Notes: generated by a model not told the origin, from the letters alone. A stretch of 64,000 bases of DNA from Promethearchaeota archaeon (GCA_048940925.1 JBHLOC010000004.1:32001-96000), one strand, 5' to 3'. Positions 19,601 through 29,109 are shown, counted from the first letter of the stretch. Numbers and translations: made by a program.

Positions 19601-20124
19601 AAAATGATATTAAAGCAGCTATTAAAGCTGAAAGTAAATTAGAAAATACTTATAACAACAAATTTAGTATAGTTCTTGAAAATCTTCAAACTAAAATAAA
19701 TCAAAAATTTGAGGATTCTCAAATAAAATCATATTGTTCTCTTGAACTTTCAGGAAGTTTTGAAGATCTAGGAGTTGAGATTAAAGCTGCTACGTCAAAA
19801 GAACAATTGAAATCATTTACTGCATTAAGTGGGGGCCAAGTTTCTTTAATTTCAATCTGTTTAATTTTATCATTACAAGAGATTAAGCCTTCTGCTCTTA
19901 CTATGCTAGATGAGCCAGGTATGTTTTTAGATGAAAAAAATTCTGAAGTAGTATATCAATTAATAAAGGCAACATTGGAACAAAACCCCATTCAATTATT
20001 CATGTTTTTACCTAAATCTTCAACTTCATTATTTATGCTAGCTGAAAAGGTAATTGGAATTGCGAGAGTGGGGAAAAATGAAATTTCTTCAGTTTTTAAA
20101 CCTAAAATTCTAAAAAAGAAATAA
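16657..20124 (+). CDS. smc: SMC-family ATPase, Smc5/6-like (ClsN-related)
   Basis: LENFLSF; Walker A GPNWSGKT; Q-loop NINPDNQFAFVSQGKI; coiled coils; hinge VKGPIIDYL...YAIESVLG; LSGGQ signature; Walker B MLDEP. Confidence 0.95.
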   Translation: MASQSKNNQRKKELNYSENRKIFIKKVILENFLSFQKDEVDFGDAKFIIIVGPNWSGKTSIFQAIKFALGSNERDERYTKWSDFIRNGQNHAMVEIHIQNDGELIKLRRYVIKGQSPYFKIKLKEDKEFRKIQALEIQKLIRTLNINPDNQFAFVSQGKIDAVKNLKSTELCSFLEEGIGLKSLRNEILQQKSNVNNLNTELKSLMSKKNTLNISLEFLTPKLERLKKKNKLLEIRNKFHDELLWANKDKLQKEIIRIEEFVKNIILVIEGIKREKTKYDKKILELVNEIVTEEQSINKLSEKLGELKYKQIDLVAKIKKWQKDKILVKQDLDAYSQNIDRIEKLVINFEMQKESLNDEIKIMTNEITHLENQIDKLLKEQNQLIKKIKQNKLLLDEYNQVISEKTKKINIIKENENSIKAINDEINQLFQSFKDIEHKLKKNKWFLENPTKNLLEKLDKQLRESSIKIFEIDSEIKKLEIEKSRKLNKLKILQASLRERRVILPSTISILKEEIKKRELRVKGPIIDYLKYDDELSYAIESVLGEKLLYSFIAEDWDTLNLLKRLKEKYGAYCNLYLPKKITLQPLMRISAEGVVGYIAELVKFVDNDVDIKKVIYSKVKNCIVVRDYRSGTNLYNKLNFRGKCVTLKGEQIVSYKYVYETPYIKRLKGLLSAATQKEQSSILESEVNILNDKISELKIKQSSFDNIQKEIFKKKEAFNDLLYNFNQKQRITTKKNELYEEMHNFEKNNSSLKKEIQDLDLKIKSLQTHTDSEFFKWNDRVKEIPNELSFLNEEKKKWDLKRKENLDILKEVQDKLSKHKNQLILLKSEYENKKEDFQKADKSAFNTYRQLENVEEEINIIEQKISELRETRMKLQKEKSQIENNNMQTILKLEQENVKLNSYNQDLESKKNDLKRINSEIGPLISEQIMKLRSIKEIEKDILQIDEKLLNYLDVDDSIVVERDQIIASLKEISKNQKDLENDIKAAIKAESKLENTYNNKFSIVLENLQTKINQKFEDSQIKSYCSLELSGSFEDLGVEIKAATSKEQLKSFTALSGGQVSLISICLILSLQEIKPSALTMLDEPGMFLDEKNSEVVYQLIKATLEQNPIQLFMFLPKSSTSLFMLAEKVIGIARVGKNEISSVFKPKILKKK

Positions 20125-20133
20125 AAAAGTTGT

Positions 20134-20766
20134 ATGATTAAAGAATTAAATAAAAAAATTGAAAATATTAGAACTAAGGTTCTTTCCGGAGAAATATCTT
20201 TATTAGATATAGAACTGGTTCCAATTTTTGAATATCTAAAGGATTCATTAACTGTGGATAATATTGATAAGTATTCAAAAACCTATCAAAGGGCATTTAC
20301 ACTTCTAAATGAGAAATTTGAAGAATTTAAAATCTTACTAAATCACTTAGATAACGAAAATGTCTTCATAGAGTTTTTAAAATCAAAACCAAAAGATAAA
20401 GAGATTTATGGACTGCTTAAGGATTGTTGGAGACAACCATTCACAATCCATAATCTCTCTATCAATTTTCTTAAGCGATCTAAAGATAAATTAAGTTCAA
20501 GTAACAGAGAATCATTTGCTATTGAAATAATAGAAAGAATGAAAGTAAAGAACGATTTTTTTTTAGAAGTACCAACACAGAAATTTACTGAAAAAATGTT
20601 AGACTTTTTCGATGCTATAAAGCGTAAATTGCCTTGCCCTTTTGATGATGTTTTTAAAGATGAAAAAGATCAAATAAAAATATATGAAAAATTTGTTTTT
20701 ATTTTACACTTACTACAATTAGGGAGTTTAAAATATCAAAAAGAGAGTAATTTTTTATATTTGTGA
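20134..20766 (+). CDS. scpA: Kleisin (ScpA/Nse4-like)
   Basis: Follows smc; ISLLDIELVPI N-terminal motif; C-terminal FVFILHLLQLGSLKYQ wHTH matches the kleisin cap-binding motif. Confidence 0.75.
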   Translation: MIKELNKKIENIRTKVLSGEISLLDIELVPIFEYLKDSLTVDNIDKYSKTYQRAFTLLNEKFEEFKILLNHLDNENVFIEFLKSKPKDKEIYGLLKDCWRQPFTIHNLSINFLKRSKDKLSSSNRESFAIEIIERMKVKNDFFLEVPTQKFTEKMLDFFDAIKRKLPCPFDDVFKDEKDQIKIYEKFVFILHLLQLGSLKYQKESNFLYL

Positions 20767-20783
20767 AGAGTTGAGAAAAAATA

Positions 20784-21299
20784 ATGAATGAAATTACAAT
20801 TTTAATGCACTTATTAAGTAGGAAAGTAAATTTGTTTGAAATAGGAGCAACCAAAGAAGAAGTGTTAAACGCTTTAAATATTAAAGATAAAAATAAATCA
20901 ATTTATTTTCAAGATTTGATTACTAATTTATCAAATTACATCGAACCCTTAGGACTTCAAATTCGATTCAATCCGTTGAATTCTCATTGGTTTATTCTTT
21001 TTAATTCAGATGTTTCAGATTTTGTATCAGCAAATCCTTTTGAAGGAAAACCAAGATTAGCTGCAACTTTATTTTGTACGTTAGTTTGTTGTATGAAGAA
21101 TTTCGGAACTGGTAAAATTCATGAGATTCGAGAATTAAGGAAAAAAAAAGGGATTATCGAGGATTTAAATGAATTAAAGAAGATGGGATATTTGGAATTA
21201 AAGAAAGATTCGGGTGAAGTTAAATTATCCCCTCTTATAGGATATCAACTTGACCTTGAAAAATTATTTATAAAATTAGCATTAAAATTTAAAAAATAG
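20784..21299 (+). CDS. Kite subunit (tandem winged helix; ScpB/Nse1/Nse3-like)
   Basis: Third gene after smc; LSNYIEPLGLQIRF and LNELKKMGYLEL...VKLSPL tandem wHTH pattern. Confidence 0.7.
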   Translation: MNEITILMHLLSRKVNLFEIGATKEEVLNALNIKDKNKSIYFQDLITNLSNYIEPLGLQIRFNPLNSHWFILFNSDVSDFVSANPFEGKPRLAATLFCTLVCCMKNFGTGKIHEIRELRKKKGIIEDLNELKKMGYLELKKDSGEVKLSPLIGYQLDLEKLFIKLALKFKK

Positions 21300-21306
21300 A
21301 AAAATA

Positions 21307-21942
21307 CTACTGACTAGTAGTAATTTCTAAAATCATTTCTGCAACACGATTGTTATATTTCTCAATTTCGTCAAAATTATCAACAGTTTCTCCACATGTT
21401 ACAAAAAACTCATTGATCGCAATTTTTCGTTTTTCAAAAAAGTTTTTGATTTTACTCGTTACTTCCTGAACTTTCTTTTCCATATCTCCTTCTACTAAAT
21501 CGACTTTATTGATGCATACATAAATTTTATCAGGGAAAAACCGAACATCATTAAAGAATTCAAATTGTCTCTCTAATTCACGATCCATTGAAAAGACCGC
21601 TATAATCTGGGTTGCAATGCGAGAGATGGTAATAATACCCATTTTCACTACGGCCCTAGACCTGTCGCCACCAGGGGCGAAAATAGTATGCGCCTTATTG
21701 CTCTCATCTTCCCTAAACACAATTCGATTGGGATGGATGGTTTTTGTTTCTTTTTCGTCTAGAGCACTCTCCTTATTTCCTCCAGGAACAGTTGCTTCTC
21801 CAGAAAAGTCTGCCTTAACTACAGAACATTTTATTCCTCCTTCTACTTTTTCGATTTCACCTTTTTTTAAGTATCGAACAAAAAGGCGAAGGATACTGGT
21901 CTTTCCAACGCTAACATCACCTAACAATCCAATGTTCACCAT
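21307..21942 (-). CDS. Small Ras/MglA-like GTPase
   Basis: G1 GDVSVGKT; G2-like KTI; atypical G3 FAPGG; G4 INKVD; G5-like TCG. Confidence 0.85.
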   Translation of the reverse strand: MVNIGLLGDVSVGKTSILRLFVRYLKKGEIEKVEGGIKCSVVKADFSGEATVPGGNKESALDEKETKTIHPNRIVFREDESNKAHTIFAPGGDRSRAVVKMGIITISRIATQIIAVFSMDRELERQFEFFNDVRFFPDKIYVCINKVDLVEGDMEKKVQEVTSKIKNFFEKRKIAINEFFVTCGETVDNFDEIEKYNNRVAEMILEITTSQ

Positions 21943-22754
21943 TATGCTTCTCCCTCCAATAGTTTATTTAAAAGTAATTCGTAATCTGTAATTATAAATT
22001 GTTCAAGAAAGGCATTATTATGAGCATTAATAAGAGCTACTAATATTTCTTTTAGATTTTTAGCGTTCTTTGAGTATTTTATCAGATTTTCTGAGGTGGG
22101 ATCTTCAGTAAAATCTCTGGCATGTTCCTCGAATCCAAATTTAGATAATTCAGGCAAGGCATTGAAAAATCCAAAAGCTGAATATCCTTGAAATTGGAAA
22201 AATACAAAAAATCTTGTTTTAATATTTTTTATAATCTGAGTAAGATAGGCGGATGGATAAATTTCTCCTAATGTTAGTTCTTCATCCTGTTTAATTATAA
22301 AATAAGGAGAAATTGGAGATACTTGAGTTCCATACATTTCTTTTGGAGGTATAGAAATAAAGGGTAATTTTTCTGAGACAATTGTCCAAAGATCTTCTCT
22401 TTTCTTTTCTAATAAGATATCTTTTATCTCATCGTAAGCAAAAAAAAAGTCTGATTGAAATCCTAATAGAGAGCTTAAGTATACTGATAAAGAAGCGAAT
22501 GTAGCTTCTAAAACCGGTCTTCGCCCTCCATCATCCTCAGAGGGTTTTACAGCTCCCTTCCACGCTCTTAATCCGGAATATGCAAAGGATTTAACATCAA
22601 AAAATGCACCTGAAAGAAATAAAAATGAGGGGGGTTCGCTCTTATCACCAGTTAAAAATTCTAAAGATTTGTTAATTAAGACACTCTCTAACTTCGCATC
22701 ATGAAATTTGGAGTGAACCTTTGGCATTTGTAGCCATGATTTCTTCTTCGCCAA
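21942..22754 (-). CDS. Hypothetical protein translationally coupled to the GTPase
   Basis: 270-aa ORF whose stop overlaps the GTPase ATG by 1 nt. Confidence 0.75.
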   Translation of the reverse strand: MAKKKSWLQMPKVHSKFHDAKLESVLINKSLEFLTGDKSEPPSFLFLSGAFFDVKSFAYSGLRAWKGAVKPSEDDGGRRPVLEATFASLSVYLSSLLGFQSDFFFAYDEIKDILLEKKREDLWTIVSEKLPFISIPPKEMYGTQVSPISPYFIIKQDEELTLGEIYPSAYLTQIIKNIKTRFFVFFQFQGYSAFGFFNALPELSKFGFEEHARDFTEDPTSENLIKYSKNAKNLKEILVALINAHNNAFLEQFIITDYELLLNKLLEGEA

Positions 22755-22910
22755 AATTACACACTCAATATATTGATTTTGATAAAATAAATAAGAATTC
22801 TCGAATAATTAATTTTTCCTATTTTAATAAAACATAATATTATGCTAATATAATATTTTGCAAATGATTAAGATAAGTCTAAATTAAACTATATCAATGC
22901 CACATTTTTG

Positions 22911-23531
22911 TTAATTAGTAATTTCTTTAGCTAACAATTCGCTAATCTTTGAAGTTATTAAATCGTACTCAGAAATTGAATTTAAATTTGAAATTTTTAT
23001 AGTTTCAATTAAATCTGTTTTTTGAAAATGGAGATATGCCAAATCCATATTGGAATTATTTTCTTTAATTTTTATAAGGGCTCCTTTCAAAAAAATTTGT
23101 ATAAAATCCTCAGATGTTTCTTTTATTGCCCGTTTCTCAGGATCAATTAATTTAATTTCTACTGAATTAAGATCGTAAAAATTCAAAACACATAGTAGAT
23201 CTGGTTCTTTATTGTTATTTTTGGTAAAGATTTTTCTCTTAATATTTGTTCCTCTAACTTTTTCTTTTGGAATTTCTTCAATAAAATATTTTTCGTCCTT
23301 GGGTTTTTTATCTATTTTTAGAGTTTGTTGATAGATTTCATCTGCACTAGTGAAAGATTTATTTGAGATGAGTGAGTTTAAATAATTTATGACTTCCTTT
23401 AATTCATCTATCTCTATTTGTAATTCTTCTAACTGTTCCTTCTTTTTGTAATATATATTTTGAATTTTGCTTAACATCTGTGATAATTTTTCGATTTCGT
23501 GGTCTTTATCTTCACGTTCCATTGATTTCAT
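22911..23531 (-). CDS. Hypothetical protein with N-terminal coiled coil
   Basis: Heptad-rich N-terminus. Confidence 0.75.
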   Translation of the reverse strand: MKSMEREDKDHEIEKLSQMLSKIQNIYYKKKEQLEELQIEIDELKEVINYLNSLISNKSFTSADEIYQQTLKIDKKPKDEKYFIEEIPKEKVRGTNIKRKIFTKNNNKEPDLLCVLNFYDLNSVEIKLIDPEKRAIKETSEDFIQIFLKGALIKIKENNSNMDLAYLHFQKTDLIETIKISNLNSISEYDLITSKISELLAKEITN

Positions 23532-23612
23532 ATATGTTTAATAAGAAAATAAATTTATTTAAAAATTAGTGCTATAAATTAATAAAGTAATTTACTTTTA
23601 AGGAAAACTAAA

Positions 23613-24479
23613 ATGGAATCTATGATAATTACTCCAAATCCCTCTGATCCCGAAGTTCAATTATTAACAAAGGAATTTGAAAAGAAAGCTTACAATATTC
23701 ATTATTTTATTCCCTCTAGTGTGAAACTATCTATTTCTTTTAAAGATAAATTTGAAGATAAGTTTAATATTCTTGAGACTAAAGCGGCTCTCGTGAGAGG
23801 GTTTGGTGCAGGGATCACTCAAAAAGTATTCTTTAGATTAGATATTTTAAGGGCTATAGAAGAATGTGGCGTTAAATTAATAAATTCAAGAGAATCTTTA
23901 GAAATAGCTAGTGACAAATTTTTAACTTCTATTTTTTTGGACAGATATAACATTCCTACACCTAAAACAATAATTTGTGAAGATCCTCATACTGCTATAG
24001 AATCTTTTGAAGAATTGGGAGAAGATTGTGTCTTAAAACCACTCTTTGGATCAAAAGGTGTAGGTATAACTAGGATAAATGACAAAGGTTTTGCTGAAAA
24101 TGTGATATATTCTCTTGGTCGACTTAATGAAGTGTTTTATCTACAAGAGTTTATTAAGCATCAGAATAGAGATATCAGAATACTAGTGTTAGGTAATAAA
24201 GTTATTGCTGGTATGTACAGAGTTGGTGATAGTTGGAAAACAAATATTCATGCAGGTGCGAAGGCAGAACGATTAGATATAAATTCAGAATTGGAAAAAT
24301 TAGCTCTTAAAGTAGCTAAAGTTACTAAAACCAAAATTGCTGGAGTTGACATTATAGAGAGTGAAAAAGGGTATCTTGTTTTAGAAGTGAATTCTATTCC
24401 AGGATTTACTGCATTACAGAAAGTAACAGATGTGAATTTAGCTGAAGAAATAGTTAATTACTTCTTAGAAAATTCTTAA
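23613..24479 (+). CDS. RimK/LysX/MptN-family ATP-grasp ligase
   Basis: ASDKFLT; VLKPLFGSKGVG; YLQEFI; DIRILV; WKTNIHAG; GVDIIE; VLEVNSIPGF. Confidence 0.93.
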   Translation: MESMIITPNPSDPEVQLLTKEFEKKAYNIHYFIPSSVKLSISFKDKFEDKFNILETKAALVRGFGAGITQKVFFRLDILRAIEECGVKLINSRESLEIASDKFLTSIFLDRYNIPTPKTIICEDPHTAIESFEELGEDCVLKPLFGSKGVGITRINDKGFAENVIYSLGRLNEVFYLQEFIKHQNRDIRILVLGNKVIAGMYRVGDSWKTNIHAGAKAERLDINSELEKLALKVAKVTKTKIAGVDIIESEKGYLVLEVNSIPGFTALQKVTDVNLAEEIVNYFLENS

Positions 24480-24558
24480 CCTTTAAATTTTCAATTAAAA
24501 AGTTTAAAAAAAAAAATAAAAAGTAGTAATTTAATGTCAAAAAGAATATTTTTCTTTT

Positions 24559-24891
24559 TTATAAAACTTCAATCAATCCTATTAATGCGGCAATAACTAG
24601 TAGTACGCAGGCAATTATTCCTCCAGCAAAGATAACAAGCAAGATCCCTAATATAAATAAGAATAGCCAATGAAAAGGAAAGGGATTATCAGGTTTAATT
24701 GCTGTATAGATTGTTATAATTGAAATAAAAATTCCAATAATCGCATAAATTATGTGATATAATCCAAGCCAATGAGGGATGGGCCAATTAAATCCAAAAA
24801 TTGCAAATATTTGACTTGCTAATGCTACTAAGCCTCCAATAACAGTAAGGAATTTCATAATTCCTTCATTTTTATAATGAGTTTTAGCCAT
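24559..24891 (-). CDS. Small membrane protein
   Basis: Three to four hydrophobic segments. Confidence 0.75.
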   Translation of the reverse strand: MAKTHYKNEGIMKFLTVIGGLVALASQIFAIFGFNWPIPHWLGLYHIIYAIIGIFISIITIYTAIKPDNPFPFHWLFLFILGILLVIFAGGIIACVLLVIAALIGLIEVL

Positions 24892-25085
24892 TTTGTATCC
24901 TCTTAATTATTATTGTAATTTGAATAATTATTTTGCATTATATAAGAATTTAAGTTTTAAAAACAAAGACTAATATTTGTATTTATATAAAAATGTCAAA
25001 ATTCTTATTTTCCTGCTAGATTTTTTCAGGTGATATTATCTAGATATTTTTAGATTTTAAATATAAACTTATTTGAAAAAATTAT

Positions 25086-25247
25086 GTGATTGAAGATAAA
25101 ATAAGACGATATAGAAACGAAATCACTCTTGCAAGAGAGTTATCAAAAATGAGATATGCTGATACAGATTATTATGAAAATTTAATTATTAAATTTGAAA
25201 AAATATTAAGATTCTATGAAGATTTAAAAAGTATTAGAAACTTATAA
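25086..25247 (+). CDS. Small helical protein (53 aa, not in the ORF track)
   Basis: GTG start; MIEDKIRRYRNEITLARELSKMRYADTDYYENLIIKFEKILRFYEDLKSIRNL; TTTTAAATA TATA-like box about 30 nt upstream. Confidence 0.55.
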   Translation: MIEDKIRRYRNEITLARELSKMRYADTDYYENLIIKFEKILRFYEDLKSIRNL

Positions 25248-25270
25248 GTGAAAAAAAATCCTCCTCTTTT

Positions 25271-25843
25271 TTAATAAAATTGATATAAATCTTTATTTAA
25301 GTAGGGTAATAGAGCACATATTACTGCTTGAGTCAAAATTTTAGTTCTAGTTATTGCATTATTACTTAAAAAACTAATAGCACCAGATTCATTTTTCAAA
25401 TTCATATTACCTGCTAGTTTTCCCATAATTTCACCAATTTCTATATTTTTTTTTGTTAAAATTTGATCGATAACAGATTGAGGATATTCAAAGGCAACTC
25501 CAGATCCTAATGATACATGCTCAAATTCATCTATAATTGCACAAAATTGGAAATCCATATAATTCGTTTTAATAAAAGGCATAGTAACTAGCCCTGCTTC
25601 AATTCCCACCCCAAAAATTCTATTGTTAATCTTTTTTCTTTCAATGAGAAAATTTAAAGCACTTGTAGCTCTATTAATTGCACCTTCAAGAATTATCTTT
25701 ATCCCAACAGGTTGATTTGAAACTTTTGAATTTCCTTTAATTTTAAAAAGTTGAAAATTATCGAAATATTTACTAAATCCTATTTTTGTAGCATTAATTT
25801 TTGTTGGATTTAAAGAAGCTACACAGATATGAATTTTTTCCAT
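25271..25843 (-). CDS. yjjX: Inosine/xanthosine triphosphatase (YjjX family)
   Basis: VASLNPTKI; VSNQP; GAINRA; GVGIEAG; GAISFLS...TR. Confidence 0.9.
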   Translation of the reverse strand: MEKIHICVASLNPTKINATKIGFSKYFDNFQLFKIKGNSKVSNQPVGIKIILEGAINRATSALNFLIERKKINNRIFGVGIEAGLVTMPFIKTNYMDFQFCAIIDEFEHVSLGSGVAFEYPQSVIDQILTKKNIEIGEIMGKLAGNMNLKNESGAISFLSNNAITRTKILTQAVICALLPYLNKDLYQFY

Positions 25844-25857
25844 AATTAGAATTACTA

Positions 25858-26463
25858 TTAGTCCATTTGAAATAAATTAACATTAAATTCCTTTTTTAAG
25901 ATTTTATAGAGTTTTTGCATCGGTAAACCCATCACATTCGAGGAAGACCCAATTATTTTATTTATAAATAAACTTGCTTTATCTTCTATAGAATAGGCTC
26001 CAGCACGTCCTTTCCATTCATTAGTGTTTATGTATCCCCTGATTTCTTTATCAGAAAGTGCAAGAAATTCTACAGACGTTATATCATAATCAACAATAAT
26101 CTTAGAAATAATGGTATCGATAATTGCTATTCCTGTTATTAAATTATGCGTTTTACCACTTAATTTCTTAAGAATTTTAAAAGCCTGCACTTTATTTTTT
26201 GCTTTGCCAATTATTTCTCCATTAAGTTCCACAATTGTATCTGCTGCAATAATAACATAATCAAGATTATCTTTTATTAATGCTGTTTTAGTAGAAAGTG
26301 CTTTGGCTTTAGCTAATTCTTTTGATAACTCAATAGGATCTGTTATAGTTGTTTTGTACTTTTCTTCATCGATATTAGATGTAACTACTTTAAAAGTAAT
26401 CCCTGCCTGTTTCAATAACCTGCTTCGATCGACAGACTTTGAAGCTAAGATAATCTTCTTCAA
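25858..26463 (-). CDS. maf: Maf-family nucleotide pyrophosphatase
   Basis: IILASKSVDR; IDEE; IIAADTIV...IIGK; LSGKTH; AGAYSI; NVMGLP. Confidence 0.93.
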   Translation of the reverse strand: MKKIILASKSVDRSRLLKQAGITFKVVTSNIDEEKYKTTITDPIELSKELAKAKALSTKTALIKDNLDYVIIAADTIVELNGEIIGKAKNKVQAFKILKKLSGKTHNLITGIAIIDTIISKIIVDYDITSVEFLALSDKEIRGYINTNEWKGRAGAYSIEDKASLFINKIIGSSSNVMGLPMQKLYKILKKEFNVNLFQMD

Positions 26464-26614
26464 TTATAATATCACAGAGAAGCTAATTTTGTACTATCTA
26501 GTTATAAGATTAATTTTGTTGTTAATTTTTTTGAAGAGTTTATTTTGGGATTAATAATATAAGTCAATGAGAAAATGCATATATTTAATATATATTAGTA
26601 AACAAGTTTAGTTT

Positions 26615-27718
26615 ATGGAGTATTTCTATTTTTGGTTTATTTTCTTTTTATTGTCATATTTAGTTATTCTCTTTAATTATTTGTATTTTTCATTCAAGAA
26701 AGATACTATTAATAATATTGTTGGATTTGGTGCCTTATTTTTAGTATTTACTCATATTTTGTTGTTTTTACTATTAATGAATCAGGATATTGAGCTCCGT
26801 TCATCTATAATGCCTTTATGGTTATTGTCACTAGGAATACCTTTATTAGTAGTTCTTTTTTTATTAATAATATCTACGGGAATAGTGCAAGTATATAAAC
26901 GAGTTTTGAATAAAGATTTTTCCAATTTTTCAGATAAATTCGAATTAAAACAAAAGAATTTGAGTAAAGCAAAAAAAGATACGTTTCGAAAATTACATCA
27001 CGTATTAATATTTATTGGTCTTTTTATTGTGTGGTATATCGGTCTATATGTTGTGCAATTTTATACAGGAAGCTCAGCAGGAATGATTCCTGAAGAAAAT
27101 AATATGCTTTTATTGTATTTACAAATACTTGATGAACAAAATTCTATTGCTGAGGTTATGTATGCATTAGGATGGTTTTATTATCTTCTATTTTTCTTTT
27201 TTTATACCATATGTTTAATAATGATTACAAATGAGTATAGCCGAAAATCTCGCTTTTTTTCTTTTCCTTTTACTTTTTTTCCCAACTTGTATCTAACTAA
27301 AGAAGAAAAAGATAATTATGGAACTTATCTTTATTTTGCAATCGGACATTTGTTTGTAGCTTTCATTTGCCCTCCAATGATATTTTTTGCGATATTAGGG
27401 ATAAGCTCAATTGCCGATTTAATGACTAGTCAAATTGGAATACGTTATGGGACACATCATATTTCTTGGAATAAAGAAAAAACTTGGGAAGGTTCAATAG
27501 CAGGTATATTTTCAACTTATATTATATGTATTTTCTTTGTCGGTCATTTTTGGGCAATGATTTTTTCGATTACCTTCTTAATTTTTGATATATTTACTAG
27601 AAAACCAATTAATATATCAGATAATCTATTAATCCCTATTGGATGCGGATTACTTTATATTTTTATTAGATTTTTCTTTAAATTAGATTTCTATACAATT
27701 ATTTTAGCATGGATTTGA
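26615..27718 (+). CDS. CTP-dependent polyprenol/diacylglycerol kinase family (dolichol/phytol kinase-like)
   Basis: FRKLHH; SIADLMTSQIGIRYG; KTWEGS; ISDNLLIP; multi-TM. Confidence 0.85.
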   Translation: MEYFYFWFIFFLLSYLVILFNYLYFSFKKDTINNIVGFGALFLVFTHILLFLLLMNQDIELRSSIMPLWLLSLGIPLLVVLFLLIISTGIVQVYKRVLNKDFSNFSDKFELKQKNLSKAKKDTFRKLHHVLIFIGLFIVWYIGLYVVQFYTGSSAGMIPEENNMLLLYLQILDEQNSIAEVMYALGWFYYLLFFFFYTICLIMITNEYSRKSRFFSFPFTFFPNLYLTKEEKDNYGTYLYFAIGHLFVAFICPPMIFFAILGISSIADLMTSQIGIRYGTHHISWNKEKTWEGSIAGIFSTYIICIFFVGHFWAMIFSITFLIFDIFTRKPINISDNLLIPIGCGLLYIFIRFFFKLDFYTIILAWI

Positions 27719-27771
27719 TATTTGGTAGTAAAAATTTTTATAATATTAGACTTTAAAGGTTAACATCAACT

Positions 27772-28803
27772 ATGTATTTCCTGCCTACAAGCATAATTTT
27801 CATCGGATATTCAATTTTAACTCTAATTTATATATTTAAAAACAAAAAATTCAAAATAGAAAATCGTCTATTTATCAATGAAATTTTTATAGCTTTATTA
27901 TTTTTGATAGCTGGCGTTCTTTTTCCTTTTATTTATCAATCTCATTCACCAAATTTAAGTCAAAGTTCACTTAATTATTTATGGCTATTTACATCAATCA
28001 CTTTTGTTGTTGAGTTGGGAATATGGGTAATTATGTTACTTTATAATGGTTTCATTTCAAAAAGAAATCCCGAAATTATGGCAGAGAGAGATTATAAGAA
28101 ATATTGTCAAGAATTTAATGAAAATTGGACTGATGATTTGAAAAGTGAATTAGGTAGGAAATTTTTGCATTTATTTACTTGTTTTGTTATTTTCTTCTTC
28201 TGGACATTAGGACTTATTCTTGATGATATTGGAGTATTGTCTCAATGGAATTTAGATAATTATAGTTTCTCATATTGGTTGATCATCACTATAGGTTTTG
28301 GATTTGTAATTATGTTTCAAATTGGAGATCTAACTCGTTTAAATAAATTCTACATGCTACCGAATTGGTCGAAGAAGTGGTATATGTCTATGCGACAGGA
28401 AGAGCAATGCACATTTATAGGGTCTACGCCATTAGTATTATCTTTTGTACCTTTTTTGTTTGCTCCTTTTCCTATTTTTGGATCTGTAGCTTTAATTACA
28501 ACTGGAGCTGATGCTGCTGCATGTATCATAGGAAAAAAATACGGGAGACATAGTTTAAGAAAGAATACAAAAAAGACTGTTGAGGGTTTTTTAGCAGGTG
28601 GAGTAGCAACATTATTGATAGTACTTATTATCCCAATCACATATTATGCGTGGATGCCTATACCAATTGAAAAAATCATTTTAATGGCGATTGTGGCTAC
28701 AACCCTATTTTTATTGATTGATGCATTTGCTAAGTATATTTCCGATAATATTTTGAATCCAATGTTGACTGGGTTTGGAATGTGGTTAATTTTAGTTTTA
28801 TAG
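27772..28803 (+). CDS. CTP-dependent polyprenol/diacylglycerol kinase family, paralog 2
   Basis: GRKFLH; GADAAACIIGKKYG; KKTVEGFLAG; ISDNILNP. Confidence 0.87.
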   Translation: MYFLPTSIIFIGYSILTLIYIFKNKKFKIENRLFINEIFIALLFLIAGVLFPFIYQSHSPNLSQSSLNYLWLFTSITFVVELGIWVIMLLYNGFISKRNPEIMAERDYKKYCQEFNENWTDDLKSELGRKFLHLFTCFVIFFFWTLGLILDDIGVLSQWNLDNYSFSYWLIITIGFGFVIMFQIGDLTRLNKFYMLPNWSKKWYMSMRQEEQCTFIGSTPLVLSFVPFLFAPFPIFGSVALITTGADAAACIIGKKYGRHSLRKNTKKTVEGFLAGGVATLLIVLIIPITYYAWMPIPIEKIILMAIVATTLFLLIDAFAKYISDNILNPMLTGFGMWLILVL

Positions 28804-28818
28804 ATCTTAAAAGAAGGT

Positions 28819-29109
28819 TTAACCACCAAAATAAATGTAAATGAACACTATTTGATCACCATCCTTTAAGATAGTATCTAAAAACTTATCATGACGATAA
28901 CTATGTCCATTTATAATCAAAGAAAGAAGTTTATGAAATTCCCCTTTTTCTCCTTTTTCCCACACTAAATCAGTAAAAGCTTTTCCATATTTCTCTTGAA
29001 AGAATTCTAATAATTCTTTTAGAGTTAACTCTTTTTCAAATTCAAATGTTTCGAATAAATTTTTAGTAACTTCATTAAATGGGGGAGAGAATTCAAGATG
29101 CAATTTCAT
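28819..29109 (-). CDS. MoaD/ThiS/SAMP ubiquitin-like protein
   Basis: LIING...DTILKDGDQIVFIYIYFGG with C-terminal diglycine. Confidence 0.9.
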   Translation of the reverse strand: MKLHLEFSPPFNEVTKNLFETFEFEKELTLKELLEFFQEKYGKAFTDLVWEKGEKGEFHKLLSLIINGHSYRHDKFLDTILKDGDQIVFIYIYFGG

